Assembly: GCA_016206805.1 (NCBI GenBank)
Contig: JACQQX010000016.1
Span: 13,256 to 77,255 of the forward strand
Direction: 5' to 3'
Source of the DNA: Candidatus Omnitrophota bacterium
GTDB lineage: Bacteria > Omnitrophota > Gorgyraeia > 2-02-FULL-51-18
Length of the DNA stretch: 64,000 nucleotides
A program made the translations under genes and the position numbers. Positions 36,609 to 47,662 of this stretch are shown piece by piece (within the stretch, counting starts at the first letter, position 1; the number at the start of each line of letters is the position of its first letter). Below the pieces are notes generated by a model, which made no database searches, had not been told where the DNA came from, and was given only the letters and a program-made list of their open reading frames with translations.

Positions 36609-38396
36609 TTATATCGCATAGCGATAAATGCTGTACACATACTTTGCTTTACCCTCACTATGCGCATACTCAAAAACCTTTTCATACGGATGCGTCTGGA
36701 CATATTTCCGTATTTCCGGATCAGAGCCTTCTTCCACCCATATAAACGTAAAATGTTCGCGATCCAGATACTCTGCCCAAGCGATGCCCTGTCTCTCCAG
36801 CCTATTTTTCAAAGCCGCCGTATAAAATACGGCTTTATCCGGCCGCTGGCGATAAAACCGGCGGGGCTGGGCGGAAAGAAAAATACTCTCTTTTGGATCG
36901 GCGTGGCGGTTCAGATAATCAAACCCGCGAAAAGAGCGCTCATTTTTCAAAAGATAATCGCGGGCGTTTTCCGCTCCCAGCGCTACCGGCCAGGCATTCC
37001 ACGTTTGACACACAAATATCGCGCCATGAAGAACTAAAGCGCTGTAGAAAAGAAGCTGCGTTGTTTTCCATAGCGCCGCCCCATAACTCCTAGCTTTCGC
37101 AAAAGCAAAGCCGGCTCCGACAGCCGCGTAAGGCGCCAGCATAAAAAGAAAACGCGCGGCCTGCTGGGTGAATACAAGAAGATATATCGAAAACGTATAA
37201 AAAAGGAATGCTCTTTGTGTTTTTGTATTGCGCACACTAAGCGCCATAAGCGGGAGCAGCATCAAATAAAGAGGGCCTATTAATTCTCCCAGAGGAAACG
37301 CGTCCGGATGCAAGGTAAAATTCCAGGGCAGCTTAATAAAAGCCGGGAAATCCTGCCCCATGCCGGTCAGCCGGTCAACGGAGTCCTTAAAACCATTCCC
37401 TCCGAATAGGCCTGATAAAAAAGGATAAATAGGATTCCCCGCCAGGATCCAACTGCGCGCATACCAAATCCCTCCGGTCAACGCGCAAGCCGCCATAAAA
37501 TAAAAAAGAAGTGACGCCTTTTTTAAATTCCAGCTTTGGATAATCCATAAAACAACCAGCGGTATCAGCGCCCCAAAGGCGAGATACTTCGTCCCTAAAG
37601 CACCCCCGCACAGCAGGCCGGACAAAACCGCGTTATTTTTTTTATGAGAGAATGGGACGAGAAACGCGTAAATCGCCGCGAAAGTAAAAAAAACGATGCC
37701 CAGCTCCACATAAGCTTTTGAAGACTGAAAAAAAGCCAGCGGCGTGAATAAAAATACGAGCATCGCCCATTCCGCTTCTTTTTTCCCGCCCTGAAAACGC
37801 AGCACAAACGCGTAAATGGCGTAAGCGGTTAAAACATAAAATGCCCAATGAAAAAGATGGGCCAGTATCGTGCCCTGAAGCAGCAGCCCCAGCGTAAAAA
37901 ACATTTCCATTTGATACGGCCACAAGGATTCACGGGAATCTGGGATCGCAAAAATCTTGCCGCTTTCGATAAACTCGCGAGGATGCGCCAGATGATACAC
38001 CAGCGCGTCATGCCCAGTCGGAGGGGCCAGCGCCTGAAGCCAGGAGAGAAAAAGAGCTAATGCAATCCACATCCACGTCGTTTTGGAGAATTCGGGCCAG
38101 CCCTCCGCTTTTTCTTTTTGGCCGGTCAGTGAAAAAATAAACAATAAACCGGCCAAGCCAATGGCGACTTCTCGTCGCAGCATTCCCAAAAGGCCGATGG
38201 CTAAAACACCCAACGCCAAAAGCGCCATTCCCATAGCCGTAAAAAAGATGCGCTTTTCATGGACGGAGAACTCCGCGGCGGAGCCTCCGGATAAACCCCA
38301 AATCCTGGCGCCCACACGATAAGCCGACCACACCAGCAGGGCTAAAAGTGAGCTGGCCCAAAGGGCGGGCCCTATTCCCTGCGTCACAAAAGACAT
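36609..38396 (-). CDS. GT-C fold membrane glycosyltransferase (ArnT/PMT-like)
   Basis: Many TM helices, PPTGHDALVYH, GTKY, WYARSW...GNPIYPF; TAATG overlap at 38396. Confidence 0.7.
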   Translation of the reverse strand: MSFVTQGIGPALWASSLLALLVWSAYRVGARIWGLSGGSAAEFSVHEKRIFFTAMGMALLALGVLAIGLLGMLRREVAIGLAGLLFIFSLTGQKEKAEGWPEFSKTTWMWIALALFLSWLQALAPPTGHDALVYHLAHPREFIESGKIFAIPDSRESLWPYQMEMFFTLGLLLQGTILAHLFHWAFYVLTAYAIYAFVLRFQGGKKEAEWAMLVFLFTPLAFFQSSKAYVELGIVFFTFAAIYAFLVPFSHKKNNAVLSGLLCGGALGTKYLAFGALIPLVVLWIIQSWNLKKASLLFYFMAACALTGGIWYARSWILAGNPIYPFLSGLFGGNGFKDSVDRLTGMGQDFPAFIKLPWNFTLHPDAFPLGELIGPLYLMLLPLMALSVRNTKTQRAFLFYTFSIYLLVFTQQAARFLFMLAPYAAVGAGFAFAKARSYGAALWKTTQLLFYSALVLHGAIFVCQTWNAWPVALGAENARDYLLKNERSFRGFDYLNRHADPKESIFLSAQPRRFYRQRPDKAVFYTAALKNRLERQGIAWAEYLDREHFTFIWVEEGSDPEIRKYVQTHPYEKVFEYAHSEGKAKYVYSIYRYAI

Positions 38397-40855
38397 TATC
38401 CGCCCCACGCTTTCGGAACAATAACCCATAAAAGATAAAGGGAGAAAACAATTCCCATCCAAATCGCGATCAGCAGCGGAGCTTTCCGTTTTTTCCAATA
38501 GAGCCACAAAAACAAGCTTCCCAACAAGACCCAGGCCGCGTTCGAAATGAGTTCAAGAAAATCATGAAACCGGTAGTCATAAAAAAACTCAACTTGATGG
38601 CGGCCTGGCGTTTCAAGCCGTATTCCGCACAACGCGTGATTCACCGGCATCAGCCGGGTCTCCACTCCATCCACCGCGGCCTTCCATCGGGGATAAAACA
38701 CTCCTGAAAAAACAACAACCGTCGGCCGGTCAATATCCAGCGCTGCTCTTGCATGATCCTGGCTATCTTTTTCAATAACAACAGGGATATCCGCGCCGGA
38801 GGAGCCGATGGACGAATCGGCTTCTCCTTCCAAGACAGCTTCGCGGCGTGGATTAAAAGCGGGGCTTTTTAAATAGGCCAGCCTCTCCTCTTTGGCATCC
38901 AAGGATTTCCATTGGGCCACGGCATAAATCCTGGGCAACGCATCGGCGTTCCGGTAAATCCAATGCCGGCCCAATTGTTCCAAAAATACAAGGCCTTCCA
39001 AAACCAATTCTTTGTCCGCCACGACAACCGTAACGCCCAGCATATCCAAAAGCGGTTTTTGATTCCTCCACACGTGAACCGATGTCGGCCGGCGGCCTGT
39101 AGAGCTATCCACAAAACCTAAATCTCCAAAAAGCTCCTCATATCTTTTGATCGTTAGCGGCGAATAAATACCCGCATGCCGTATGCCGTAAAGCATATTG
39201 GAAGAAGCCTGCAGAGGCTCTCCGCCCGGATGATCGGATAACTCGGCGACCACTCCGCCCCACTCTTTTTGGAGGCCTTGCACGCGCTGGATAAGCGCGG
39301 TTTCTGTGAAAGGTATTTTTCCGGCATTCCCAATAAACCCAACGCCCGCCGGACCGCCCCACACCGCGGCGCCAAAACCATACAAATCCACGATCAAAAG
39401 CGCAAAAGCCCAATGCGCCAAACGCCGTCTTTTAGCCGGGGTTGCATCTGCCCGAAGCGCCGCGTAAACAATAAAAACGGAAAGGCTTGCGAAAACAGCG
39501 GTCAAAATATTCTGAATGGCCAAAGGGTTCAAATGCTCCTGCAAAACCGAGAATAAAAAGCGCATTTTATCCTGGTAATATTCAGGCGCTTTGGCCAAAG
39601 CGCCTTTTTGGAGGGCTATTTTTTCAGCGAAGGCATGGCCTTTTTGAAGCCAAAAATCCTGCGAGGCCCTGAAAAGAAAGGACGCGGCCAGAGGGAACAA
39701 GGCGATCAGGCTTCCCATAAGGGTCAGCGCCGGCAACGCCTTTTTCCAAACTGTTTCTTTTAAAAAAATCTTATCAAAACCAAAACCGGCCGCGAACGAT
39801 AACGCCATCGCCGAGAAAAAAAGAAACTTGGAGGGATTGCGAAAAGCGGTTAGCGAAAACTTTTCGACGACAAAAGCATACAAAGGATTATATTTTCCCA
39901 AAGCCAGCAAGGCGAAGATGAGTGCCAGCCATAAAAGTTTTTTTTCTTTCGCGGTTTTTGGTAAAACCAGCGATGCCGCCAAACAAAAAAGAGGAAAAAT
40001 TCCAATATAAAAACTGACGCTTAAAAAACGGCTGATACTGGGAAAAATAATCGAGGCTAAGGCCGGAGGCATCACCGATCCCCATAAAGCGAACTCCGGC
40101 GTTTGGCCCTGCCGGGTGGAGGCCGACGCCAGCTCTGCCGTAGCTCCGATTTGCGGCAAAGCCAGTAAAACAGAAAAAGCGAAACAAATTCCAAAAAAAG
40201 CAAAAAGATTCGGGCGTTTTTCACGGACCAGCGCCATGTCCAAAGCCAAATACCCAACCGCATAAACAGCCAACTGAGGAAAACCGGCTGTTTCCATTTG
40301 TGAAAATAAAAAGGCAAGCCACGCTCCCCAAAAACTTTTTTCCAGCCATCCCTCTCTTTCACGGACATGTTCTAAAATCCATAGACACCAGGGAAGCCAT
40401 GTCAAAACGCGTAAAGTGCCCGTCGTATAAAAACAACCGCCGTACGTGGTGGAAAATGAAAAAAGAATGGCCGAGAAAACCGCGGCTTTACCGCTTTGTC
40501 CGATTTTACCGGCGTAAAGATAGGCCCCTATCCCTCCGGCAAGCACATGAAGCACGATGCCCCAAGTATAGGCCGCCTCAAACGGCAGCAACCGGTACAA
40601 CCATTGATGCAGCCAATAATAAGCGGCCACTTGGCCCTCCGCCACCAGCGGAAAACCCAAAGCGACTAGATTCGTCCAATAAGGAAGGCTTCCCCCCTCC
40701 AACGCAGAGGCGTAATGAAAACTCCAGGGATAAAACTGCACCCAATAATCTCCGCCGATGAAAGTCTGCTTCAGAAATACCAGCGGCCATAAAAACAGCA
40801 GAAAAATCAGGCCATAATAAAAAATAAAATGGGAATGGCGTTTAGCGAAGCTCAT
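38396..40855 (-). CDS. YfhO-family membrane protein (putative GT-C)
   Basis: GDYWVQFYPW, LPYWTN...GFPL, multi-TM core, YRNADALPR, and C-terminal FYPRWKAAVDG...VN..L.G YfhO pattern. Confidence 0.8.
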   Translation of the reverse strand: MSFAKRHSHFIFYYGLIFLLFLWPLVFLKQTFIGGDYWVQFYPWSFHYASALEGGSLPYWTNLVALGFPLVAEGQVAAYYWLHQWLYRLLPFEAAYTWGIVLHVLAGGIGAYLYAGKIGQSGKAAVFSAILFSFSTTYGGCFYTTGTLRVLTWLPWCLWILEHVREREGWLEKSFWGAWLAFLFSQMETAGFPQLAVYAVGYLALDMALVREKRPNLFAFFGICFAFSVLLALPQIGATAELASASTRQGQTPEFALWGSVMPPALASIIFPSISRFLSVSFYIGIFPLFCLAASLVLPKTAKEKKLLWLALIFALLALGKYNPLYAFVVEKFSLTAFRNPSKFLFFSAMALSFAAGFGFDKIFLKETVWKKALPALTLMGSLIALFPLAASFLFRASQDFWLQKGHAFAEKIALQKGALAKAPEYYQDKMRFLFSVLQEHLNPLAIQNILTAVFASLSVFIVYAALRADATPAKRRRLAHWAFALLIVDLYGFGAAVWGGPAGVGFIGNAGKIPFTETALIQRVQGLQKEWGGVVAELSDHPGGEPLQASSNMLYGIRHAGIYSPLTIKRYEELFGDLGFVDSSTGRRPTSVHVWRNQKPLLDMLGVTVVVADKELVLEGLVFLEQLGRHWIYRNADALPRIYAVAQWKSLDAKEERLAYLKSPAFNPRREAVLEGEADSSIGSSGADIPVVIEKDSQDHARAALDIDRPTVVVFSGVFYPRWKAAVDGVETRLMPVNHALCGIRLETPGRHQVEFFYDYRFHDFLELISNAAWVLLGSLFLWLYWKKRKAPLLIAIWMGIVFSLYLLWVIVPKAWGG

Positions 40856-42465
40856 GCGGGATCGAAAGCGTATAGCTCGAGATAGGGGCCGGGACGGTTC
40901 CGGGAAAAAAGCTCTCCGGCATCAAAAGGCAGCGCCACATGGGCCCACCGGTCTTCAGTCATGATCTTGCGGCTGTCCTTGTAGGGCGAAAATACTTTGA
41001 GAAGCCGCATGCTCGGCTTTAACTGGCGGTCAAAAATCTCTGTTTCTCCCGGATAACGGTAACGGACAAAATAAGCCACGTTCTTTTCTCTGAACTCATT
41101 CACGTCCGCGCCAATCAGCGGCGGCCATAATAGAAAGGGGGTTTCCTCCAAACCTTCGGCGTTCAAATAAAAAATACGATGGGTCTTTTTGTCTTTCTGC
41201 GCTTCCAGCATCCATTGGATTTTTTTGGCCTTCAGCTGTCCATGCGGGTCTTCCGCGTTGATTTTTCCTGATTTTTTTAAGATTTCTTCCGGCACTTGAA
41301 CCAGTGGCGGAGAAAAGAAAGGGTGATCCACTACGATGGAGGCGCCCGCCGGCACTTCTTTTTGAATCCATTCATTCACTAAAACCCGTGTATCCGAAAC
41401 CGGCAGAAGACGCGACAACTGCACATCTTTGACCAGCGATGGAAGTGAAATAGCCAATACCACGGCCAGCCAGAATGGGCCGCGGACCCTGGACACCATC
41501 CAAGCCGCGCCCAAACATAGAAATGGAATAATGGGCATCGCGTAACGCTCGTAATGCTGGCTGAATAAAGCGATCATCACGTAATAAACAAAAGGAAAGG
41601 CCGTCAGCCATCGTTTTTCTGGAAATTTAATCCAGAAGGTCACAAGCCCCGCCACACCCACCGCCAAAAGCGGCCAGCCTACTCCCCCACCCAAAGAATA
41701 CCGCAGATGATGGAAAAAGGGCATGGCCGACTCCGACACCGCCTGCTGCCGTATCTCGGAGATGAAAAAAGGAAAGTCCAAAAAGCTGAAAGGGTTGAGT
41801 GTCGCGTAAGTAACCCCCGTCAAAACTGCGGCGCTCAAAAGCCGTTTTCTAAAAAATAAAAAAGGCAGGGCCACGGGAGCGGCGATGTATTTGAGCGCGA
41901 CGGCGATTCCCGCCGCTACGGCCGCCATATTCCAATAAAACACCTTTCCGCTTTTTTGATATTCCGCCAATAAATCAAAAGTCACCAGCATCGCCAGAAT
42001 CATGGGGATGTCCGCATACAGATAATGCGAGTCCCGAACGGGCATATAAGCCAGCGCCATGAAAAAAGCCGCCGCTACTGCCGTTTTTTCATCCCACAGT
42101 TTCCGCGCCAAACGGTAAAGAATGATAACCGAAGCCGCGCCCGCCAAAGCTCCAAAAATCAAGCGGCCAGCCAGATAAAAAACGGTTGGGTCCTTAAAAA
42201 ATAAAATCGCGAAATCCTGGACACTCCAGCGGTAAATCAGCGCCGCGGCCAGATAGAGGATGCCGTAAACGCCGGCCAAAAGATAAGACAAGAGCGGCGG
42301 GATTTTAAAAAAATGGGGATTCAGGTTCCCTGAAGCAAAAGCCAACGCATGATTGACGATGATAGGCTCATCCTGATGGAAAAGATGCGGCAATCCAAAA
42401 TCAATACCGATACAGCGTATCGCCAGCGCCCCCAAAAAAACGAGCCCAATCGCTTTTCCCTTCAC
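40852..42465 (-). CDS. ArnT/PMT_2-family GT-C glycosyltransferase
   Basis: RCIGIDFGLPHLFHQDE, NPHFFKIPPL, SHY..ADIP, ALKY, ERYAMP; GTGA overlap. Confidence 0.82.
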   Translation of the reverse strand: MKGKAIGLVFLGALAIRCIGIDFGLPHLFHQDEPIIVNHALAFASGNLNPHFFKIPPLLSYLLAGVYGILYLAAALIYRWSVQDFAILFFKDPTVFYLAGRLIFGALAGAASVIILYRLARKLWDEKTAVAAAFFMALAYMPVRDSHYLYADIPMILAMLVTFDLLAEYQKSGKVFYWNMAAVAAGIAVALKYIAAPVALPFLFFRKRLLSAAVLTGVTYATLNPFSFLDFPFFISEIRQQAVSESAMPFFHHLRYSLGGGVGWPLLAVGVAGLVTFWIKFPEKRWLTAFPFVYYVMIALFSQHYERYAMPIIPFLCLGAAWMVSRVRGPFWLAVVLAISLPSLVKDVQLSRLLPVSDTRVLVNEWIQKEVPAGASIVVDHPFFSPPLVQVPEEILKKSGKINAEDPHGQLKAKKIQWMLEAQKDKKTHRIFYLNAEGLEETPFLLWPPLIGADVNEFREKNVAYFVRYRYPGETEIFDRQLKPSMRLLKVFSPYKDSRKIMTEDRWAHVALPFDAGELFSRNRPGPYLELYAFDPA

Positions 42466-43172
42466 CGGGCCACGGCCTTTACGATAAAAAGCAGCGCGAA
42501 ACGGTCCGGCCAAATACGCGCCATGCGATAACGGATGCCAAACGGCAAGAGACTCAACGTCAGGTTGACGCATTGAATGGCTTTGCGCCAATAAGAAGGG
42601 TTGCGGCGGATATCACTCACAATCGAGTCCCGCATCGAATAAGCCGGGACATAATCGGTCCATTCAATCGCAAAGCCGGCTTTCTTAAGATCATCAATGA
42701 GTTCATTCAGACGATAACGTCTCACATGATGCACGCCATCGGCGCGCATATTGGGCTGACCCACATATAAAACGCCGCCAGCCTTAAGAACATCATGAAC
42801 TCCACAAAGTGTTTTATTGGGATAATGCAAATGCTCCAGCACTTCAAAACAAAATGCGACGTCATAACTGGCCGCTTCCATCGGAAAACGCTTGCCAATA
42901 TCCCCAAAGATCGCATGAAACCCGGCCTGGCGGGCCGCCTCAAGCCCCGACTGACTGATATCCAGGATGTGCGCGCCTTTAAACCCTAAATACTGCATCA
43001 GTTGGCCATTTCCTCCGGCCACATCTAAAATCTTGTCGCCACTGCGAACCTGGAGGCGCGAACGAACCCGGTCATAAAGCTTTTGATAATAAGCCCGTCG
43101 CGTGCGCTGGAGAGCCTCATCTTTCCAATAATCTTTGTAATACTCCTGGGCATGCACGGAGGGGGATTCCAT
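42462..43172 (-). CDS. Class I SAM-dependent methyltransferase
   Basis: LDVAGGNG, LDIS, FEVLEHL, LKAGG..PN. Confidence 0.85.
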   Translation of the reverse strand: MESPSVHAQEYYKDYWKDEALQRTRRAYYQKLYDRVRSRLQVRSGDKILDVAGGNGQLMQYLGFKGAHILDISQSGLEAARQAGFHAIFGDIGKRFPMEAASYDVAFCFEVLEHLHYPNKTLCGVHDVLKAGGVLYVGQPNMRADGVHHVRRYRLNELIDDLKKAGFAIEWTDYVPAYSMRDSIVSDIRRNPSYWRKAIQCVNLTLSLLPFGIRYRMARIWPDRFALLFIVKAVAR

Positions 43173-44632
43173 TAAACGGCCTTCTTTCGCAGCGGCAGCC
43201 ACCGGATATTGTCCCAACGGAAATCAAAAAGAACGTGTTTCAAGAAAAAAGCGGCAATCATCGCCATCAATATTTCCACTGGAAATCGGTATTTCCGGTC
43301 CGGGAAAATAATCATATGCTCAGCCATCCAGAAAAAAATGCAGCTGGCTACGACAAGCAGTCCGCGCCTGGAGGGCTCAGAAAATACTTTCCATCGCCGC
43401 CCGATCAAAATCATGGAAAAAATAAAACAAAAAAGAAGGCTGTAATAAAACGAAAATGCCGTCTCTTCCAGAAGATCCTTGGTGTGTTGCGCGATAGGCC
43501 GCGCCGGATCATAAGAACCCTCGTAATACTGGTACCATATCGGCCAAATCCCTCCGCTGCGGTCCCAGCCCATAAACACCAAAAGCCGCTTGCTTCCAAA
43601 ATTTAAAAACTCCAGCGGGTGACTGGCGATCCACCGGGTCATTAAACGGCTGCCCAGCACATGGCGCACGCCAATATTGTCGGTTTTCTGGGCCGCCTCC
43701 AGCTCTTCTGAAAAACCCGGCTCTCCCCGCTCAGGAAAACGGCCGGACCCCTCCGGAGTCGCGTATGAATTGACGACCTTGTAGAGACCGTCCCCGGTAT
43801 AGGTGTAAGTGATCACCTGCCCCCAGATTTTGTAATTGCGGATCACCCAAGGAAGATTGACCAGCTGCATCACCAGAAAAACCGATACGACCCCCAACAG
43901 AACCGAGCGCCAGGATTTCCGCATCAGAAAATAAGCCCAACCCACAACCAGCGGCATAAACACCGCATTCGTCCGGGTCATCGTGGCGTACCCGAAAATC
44001 AGGCCGTACCATAGACAGGCGAAGGGAATTTTTTTACCGGCAACCTCCGCCAGAAGCAGCAGCAAACCGCCGTACCAAAGCGGTAAAAATAGATGCTCGT
44101 CCGTAGCCATGTTGACACTGTAAACAGCGATGGGGTGAATCGCGTATAACAGTCCGGCGATTAGGGCCGCTTTCTGATCAAACACCCTTTTGGTGATGCC
44201 ATACACGAGAAAAAATGTCACCGCAAAAAGAAAAAGACTGGAAAGAACGATCACTTCAAAATGAACTCCAAAAATCTTATACAAAAGCCCTAAAAACATC
44301 GGGTAACCGATGGGCCGGCGCGCAACCGCTTCGCCCATGCCATCATGAAACCAGATGCCCTTGGTCAGTTCGATCGCATGCATGTTGGTATTGTCGCTCT
44401 CAATCATGTGGAACTGATTCCATTCCGTGCGAGGGGCATAGCTAGAAAAAGCGGCCCACCCCAGCCGAAGACCCAATCCCAGCAAGAGGAATAAAATCAA
44501 AAGGACGCGCGGAGAAATACGCAAAGACAGGCGGAGATATTTCCATAGCGATAAACCCGTCAGCAGAATGACCAGATGCAGCGTGAAGTGATTGGTCTCG
44601 AAATATTCGCCGAGATAAGACAGCAGGCTCAT
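43172..44632 (-). CDS. ArnT/PMT_2-family GT-C glycosyltransferase
   Basis: RPIGYPMFL, TDEHLF, TMTR, PWVIRN, RKYRFP; multi-TM. Confidence 0.8.
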   Translation of the reverse strand: MSLLSYLGEYFETNHFTLHLVILLTGLSLWKYLRLSLRISPRVLLILFLLLGLGLRLGWAAFSSYAPRTEWNQFHMIESDNTNMHAIELTKGIWFHDGMGEAVARRPIGYPMFLGLLYKIFGVHFEVIVLSSLFLFAVTFFLVYGITKRVFDQKAALIAGLLYAIHPIAVYSVNMATDEHLFLPLWYGGLLLLLAEVAGKKIPFACLWYGLIFGYATMTRTNAVFMPLVVGWAYFLMRKSWRSVLLGVVSVFLVMQLVNLPWVIRNYKIWGQVITYTYTGDGLYKVVNSYATPEGSGRFPERGEPGFSEELEAAQKTDNIGVRHVLGSRLMTRWIASHPLEFLNFGSKRLLVFMGWDRSGGIWPIWYQYYEGSYDPARPIAQHTKDLLEETAFSFYYSLLFCFIFSMILIGRRWKVFSEPSRRGLLVVASCIFFWMAEHMIIFPDRKYRFPVEILMAMIAAFFLKHVLFDFRWDNIRWLPLRKKAV

Positions 44633-45567
44633 CGGGGCTGAATATCGATATTGACCGCCTCATGGACGATAAAAAGCGGCCGGCGTTTTACTTCCGAATA
44701 AGTCCGGCCGACATATTCACCGAGTATTCCAATGCCCAGACTGTTCAAACCGATGGCCGCCAGGATCAAAAGAATCACTGTCGGAATACCGGGAGGCGGC
44801 GTGCCTTGAATGGTCAACCAAAGATAAAAGATGAACGCCAGCGACGTTACACCCAGAAGAATAAACCCCATCATGGTAAAAATCCTCAGAGGTTTGAGTG
44901 AGAAACTCGTCACCGCGTTAAAAACAAAAACCAAAAGATACCAGAACGGCGCTTTGCTTTTACCGGCCTTACGGGGCTTGCGCTCATAAGGAACACCGGC
45001 CTGCTTGAAACCCAGCCAGGAAATCAGCCCTCTCAGATAACGGTTCACTTCCCCACATTCTAAAAACGCGTCGCGAACCTGCCGAGTGATCAACCGAAAA
45101 TCACCGGCATTAACGGGAATGGAAACATCTGAAGCCCATTGAATAAGGCGGTAAGCGATCTTCACGGCAAAATTCCGCCACGCCGGTTCGCCGGGCCTTG
45201 TAGTGCGAACCCCATAAACAACATCATACCCTTCACGCCATTTCTCAAGCAGCAGCGGAATGGCTGACGGCGGATCCTGCAAATCCGAATACAGCACAAT
45301 GATGGCGTCCCCAGAAGCGTAGCGGTAACCGGCCGTCATCGACATTTCAGCGGTAAAGTTACGACTCAGACGCAGGTATTTCCAGCGATTATCACGACCG
45401 CATATTTCTTTGACCAATTGGCCGGTGCGATCGGTGCTGCAATTATCGATGATAAGGAATTCAAAACGATACGGCAGGCCGTTCAGGGCCTCGTTGATTT
45501 CTTTTTCCAGAAAAGGAATATTTTCTTCTTCGTTGTAGGCCGGTATCACCACTGAAACCAGATTCAT
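44629..45567 (-). CDS. GtrB/ArnC-like polyprenyl-phosphate glycosyltransferase (GT2 + 2 TM)
   Basis: SVVIPAYNEE, LSRNF, DLQDPP, GDFRL, R.AG.SK, two TM helices, GILGEYVGR. Confidence 0.9.
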   Translation of the reverse strand: MNLVSVVIPAYNEEENIPFLEKEINEALNGLPYRFEFLIIDNCSTDRTGQLVKEICGRDNRWKYLRLSRNFTAEMSMTAGYRYASGDAIIVLYSDLQDPPSAIPLLLEKWREGYDVVYGVRTTRPGEPAWRNFAVKIAYRLIQWASDVSIPVNAGDFRLITRQVRDAFLECGEVNRYLRGLISWLGFKQAGVPYERKPRKAGKSKAPFWYLLVFVFNAVTSFSLKPLRIFTMMGFILLGVTSLAFIFYLWLTIQGTPPPGIPTVILLILAAIGLNSLGIGILGEYVGRTYSEVKRRPLFIVHEAVNIDIQPR

Positions 45568-46649
45568 CGCTTGGATTCCCCCGCTTTCGTGAGTTTTTGC
45601 TGGGCCTGATTCCACAGAATCGTCCTTTTGATCGCCGTATCCAGGTCTACTGTGATTTCCAAACCCAAAGAATTTTGCGCCAGTGAAATATCCGGCACTA
45701 AACGCGAGCGCTGGGCCTTGCCGGGCGGCAAAAGGTGGGAGGCGATGCGCGGCTTATCGGGAAAAAGATCCGCGATTTTTTCAGCCAGCGCCAAAAGCGT
45801 CACCCCTTCCGGGCTGCCCACATTGTAATTTTGCCCAGGAACGCCATCAGTGAGAATGCGCAACAGCCAGAACGCCATGTCGCTGGGATACATATAACTC
45901 CGCACTGTTTGTCCGTCGCCGAGAATCCTGATGGCTCCCCCTAAAAGCGCGTCGCGCATGAAGTTATTGACCGCCCATGGCCTGTCCAGCATCTGATAGG
46001 GTCCGATAAAAGCAAAAGGCCGTGCGCACACCAGCGGCAAACGGTGCTGGCTACGGTAAACCGTGCAAAGGGTCTCCGCAAAACGCTTGGCTTCGGCGTA
46101 AGAGGACATCACAGAAGCGCAGTCAAGATTTCCAAAAAATCCTTCAGAAATTTTTTCAAGGTTATCCGGTTGATTCCCATAGATACTGGCAGAGCTGACA
46201 TTCAGCATCTTTTTGAGATTGGGCAAGCGTGTGGCGCAATCCAAAACAGCGGCAGTGCCGCGAGTGATCACTTCTATTCCCCTCAAAGGCTCAGAAGCAT
46301 AAACACGATTATCCGGATTACCGGCGGCATGGATAATCCAGGAAACTTCCTGCGGGATTTCCATCAAACCCCGGATATCACGCTCGATCAGCGTCACATC
46401 AGGCCGGACAGCGATATGCGGCGCGCGGGCGCTGAGATTATTGGCCCGACCAGACAAAAGAAAAAGTTTCGTGCCGAAACCGAAGTGGTCATTGAGAGTC
46501 GCGATCATTTCCGCCAGCCATGTCCCCATAAATCCGGTGCCGCCGGTGATGAGAACGGTTTCACCTTTCAGGGCGCCTAGCACCTCCGGGCGCTTTAACG
46601 CGTTCCGGCAATCTTCCTGCACAATATCCATCACGTAAGATGATTTCAT
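45564..46649 (-). CDS. NAD-dependent epimerase/dehydratase-family reductase (branched-sugar pathway)
   Basis: TGGTGFMG, SSASIYG, YAEAK, FAFIGP, RSYMY. Confidence 0.85.
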   Translation of the reverse strand: MKSSYVMDIVQEDCRNALKRPEVLGALKGETVLITGGTGFMGTWLAEMIATLNDHFGFGTKLFLLSGRANNLSARAPHIAVRPDVTLIERDIRGLMEIPQEVSWIIHAAGNPDNRVYASEPLRGIEVITRGTAAVLDCATRLPNLKKMLNVSSASIYGNQPDNLEKISEGFFGNLDCASVMSSYAEAKRFAETLCTVYRSQHRLPLVCARPFAFIGPYQMLDRPWAVNNFMRDALLGGAIRILGDGQTVRSYMYPSDMAFWLLRILTDGVPGQNYNVGSPEGVTLLALAEKIADLFPDKPRIASHLLPPGKAQRSRLVPDISLAQNSLGLEITVDLDTAIKRTILWNQAQQKLTKAGESKR

Positions 46650-47662
46650 CGGCTAACCTTTTTACCGGCAAGGTCCATCGCCACTTCAATAATCAAGTCT
46701 TCTTGCCCAGCCACAACCTTACGACGGCCCAATTCAAAAAAAAGATCCCGGGGATCCACGCCATACTCCTTGGACGCGCGCTCAACATGTTTGGAAAACC
46801 CGGAAAATACTCCGGCCAGGCCGCTGACGATGCTAATGGATTGAATAGCGGGAATAACTTTCATGATCTCCCGCTCAGCGATCTCGGCGGCATCCAAAAG
46901 TTTATAAAAATCAATCCCTGTCGAGTAGCCCATTTTATCCAGAACCGCGATGAGCACTTCCAGCTGCGTATTTCCGGCGCCCGCCCCGAAACCGCGCACC
47001 GTGCCGTCCAGTATCGTCGCGCCCGCTTCAGCGGCCGCCACGGAATTAGCCACAGCCATACCCAGGTTATTATGCCCATGAAAACCCACCGGAATATTGA
47101 GTGCTTTGACGAGCTCCGCGATCCGTTCCGTCACATCCGACGGGAGATAAGCGCCGGCCGAGTCCATGATAATAATGCCTTCGGCGCCATAGGACTCCAT
47201 CTTGAGCGACTCTTCAGCCAAAGTTTCCTTGGAAACCATATGCGACATCATCAAAACGCCATATACTTCTTTTCCACGTTCGCGCACGTAACCAATGTGA
47301 CGGCGCGTGACGTCCGCTTCGGTGCAATGCGCGCCGACTCGAAACACATCCACGCCCACTTCGACCGCTTTTTCAATATCTTTGCGTATCGTCGCGAAAC
47401 CCGGCATCACATGGACACCCAATTTCGAACGCACCAGCTTCCTTCGCGCGGCCTTGAGCATTTCCATGTCACCGACGGCGCTCTCGCCCACCTGAAGAGA
47501 AGACGCGCCCAGCCCATTCCCATGCCCCACCTCGACAATGGGGATTTGAGCGGCTTCCGCGGCTTCGGCGTACCGCGCGATTTGTTCGGCGGTCAGCTGA
47601 TGCTTGACGGCGTGGTTACCGTCGCGGAGCGTGGGATCGCTGATCAGTATCTTTTTTTTCAT
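46646..47662 (-). CDS. dmpG: 4-hydroxy-2-oxovalerate aldolase (DmpG/MhpE-like)
   Basis: DPTLRDGNH, EVGHGNGLGASS, HCTEAD, DSAG, GFHGHNNLG, GAGAGN, GQED; start at MKKKILI. Confidence 0.93.
   Translation of the reverse strand: MKKKILISDPTLRDGNHAVKHQLTAEQIARYAEAAEAAQIPIVEVGHGNGLGASSLQVGESAVGDMEMLKAARRKLVRSKLGVHVMPGFATIRKDIEKAVEVGVDVFRVGAHCTEADVTRRHIGYVRERGKEVYGVLMMSHMVSKETLAEESLKMESYGAEGIIIMDSAGAYLPSDVTERIAELVKALNIPVGFHGHNNLGMAVANSVAAAEAGATILDGTVRGFGAGAGNTQLEVLIAVLDKMGYSTGIDFYKLLDAAEIAEREIMKVIPAIQSISIVSGLAGVFSGFSKHVERASKEYGVDPRDLFFELGRRKVVAGQEDLIIEVAMDLAGKKVSR

Noticed and set aside
36276-37037. 253-aa plus-strand ORF
   Set aside because: Spans two supported minus-strand genes and has no motifs
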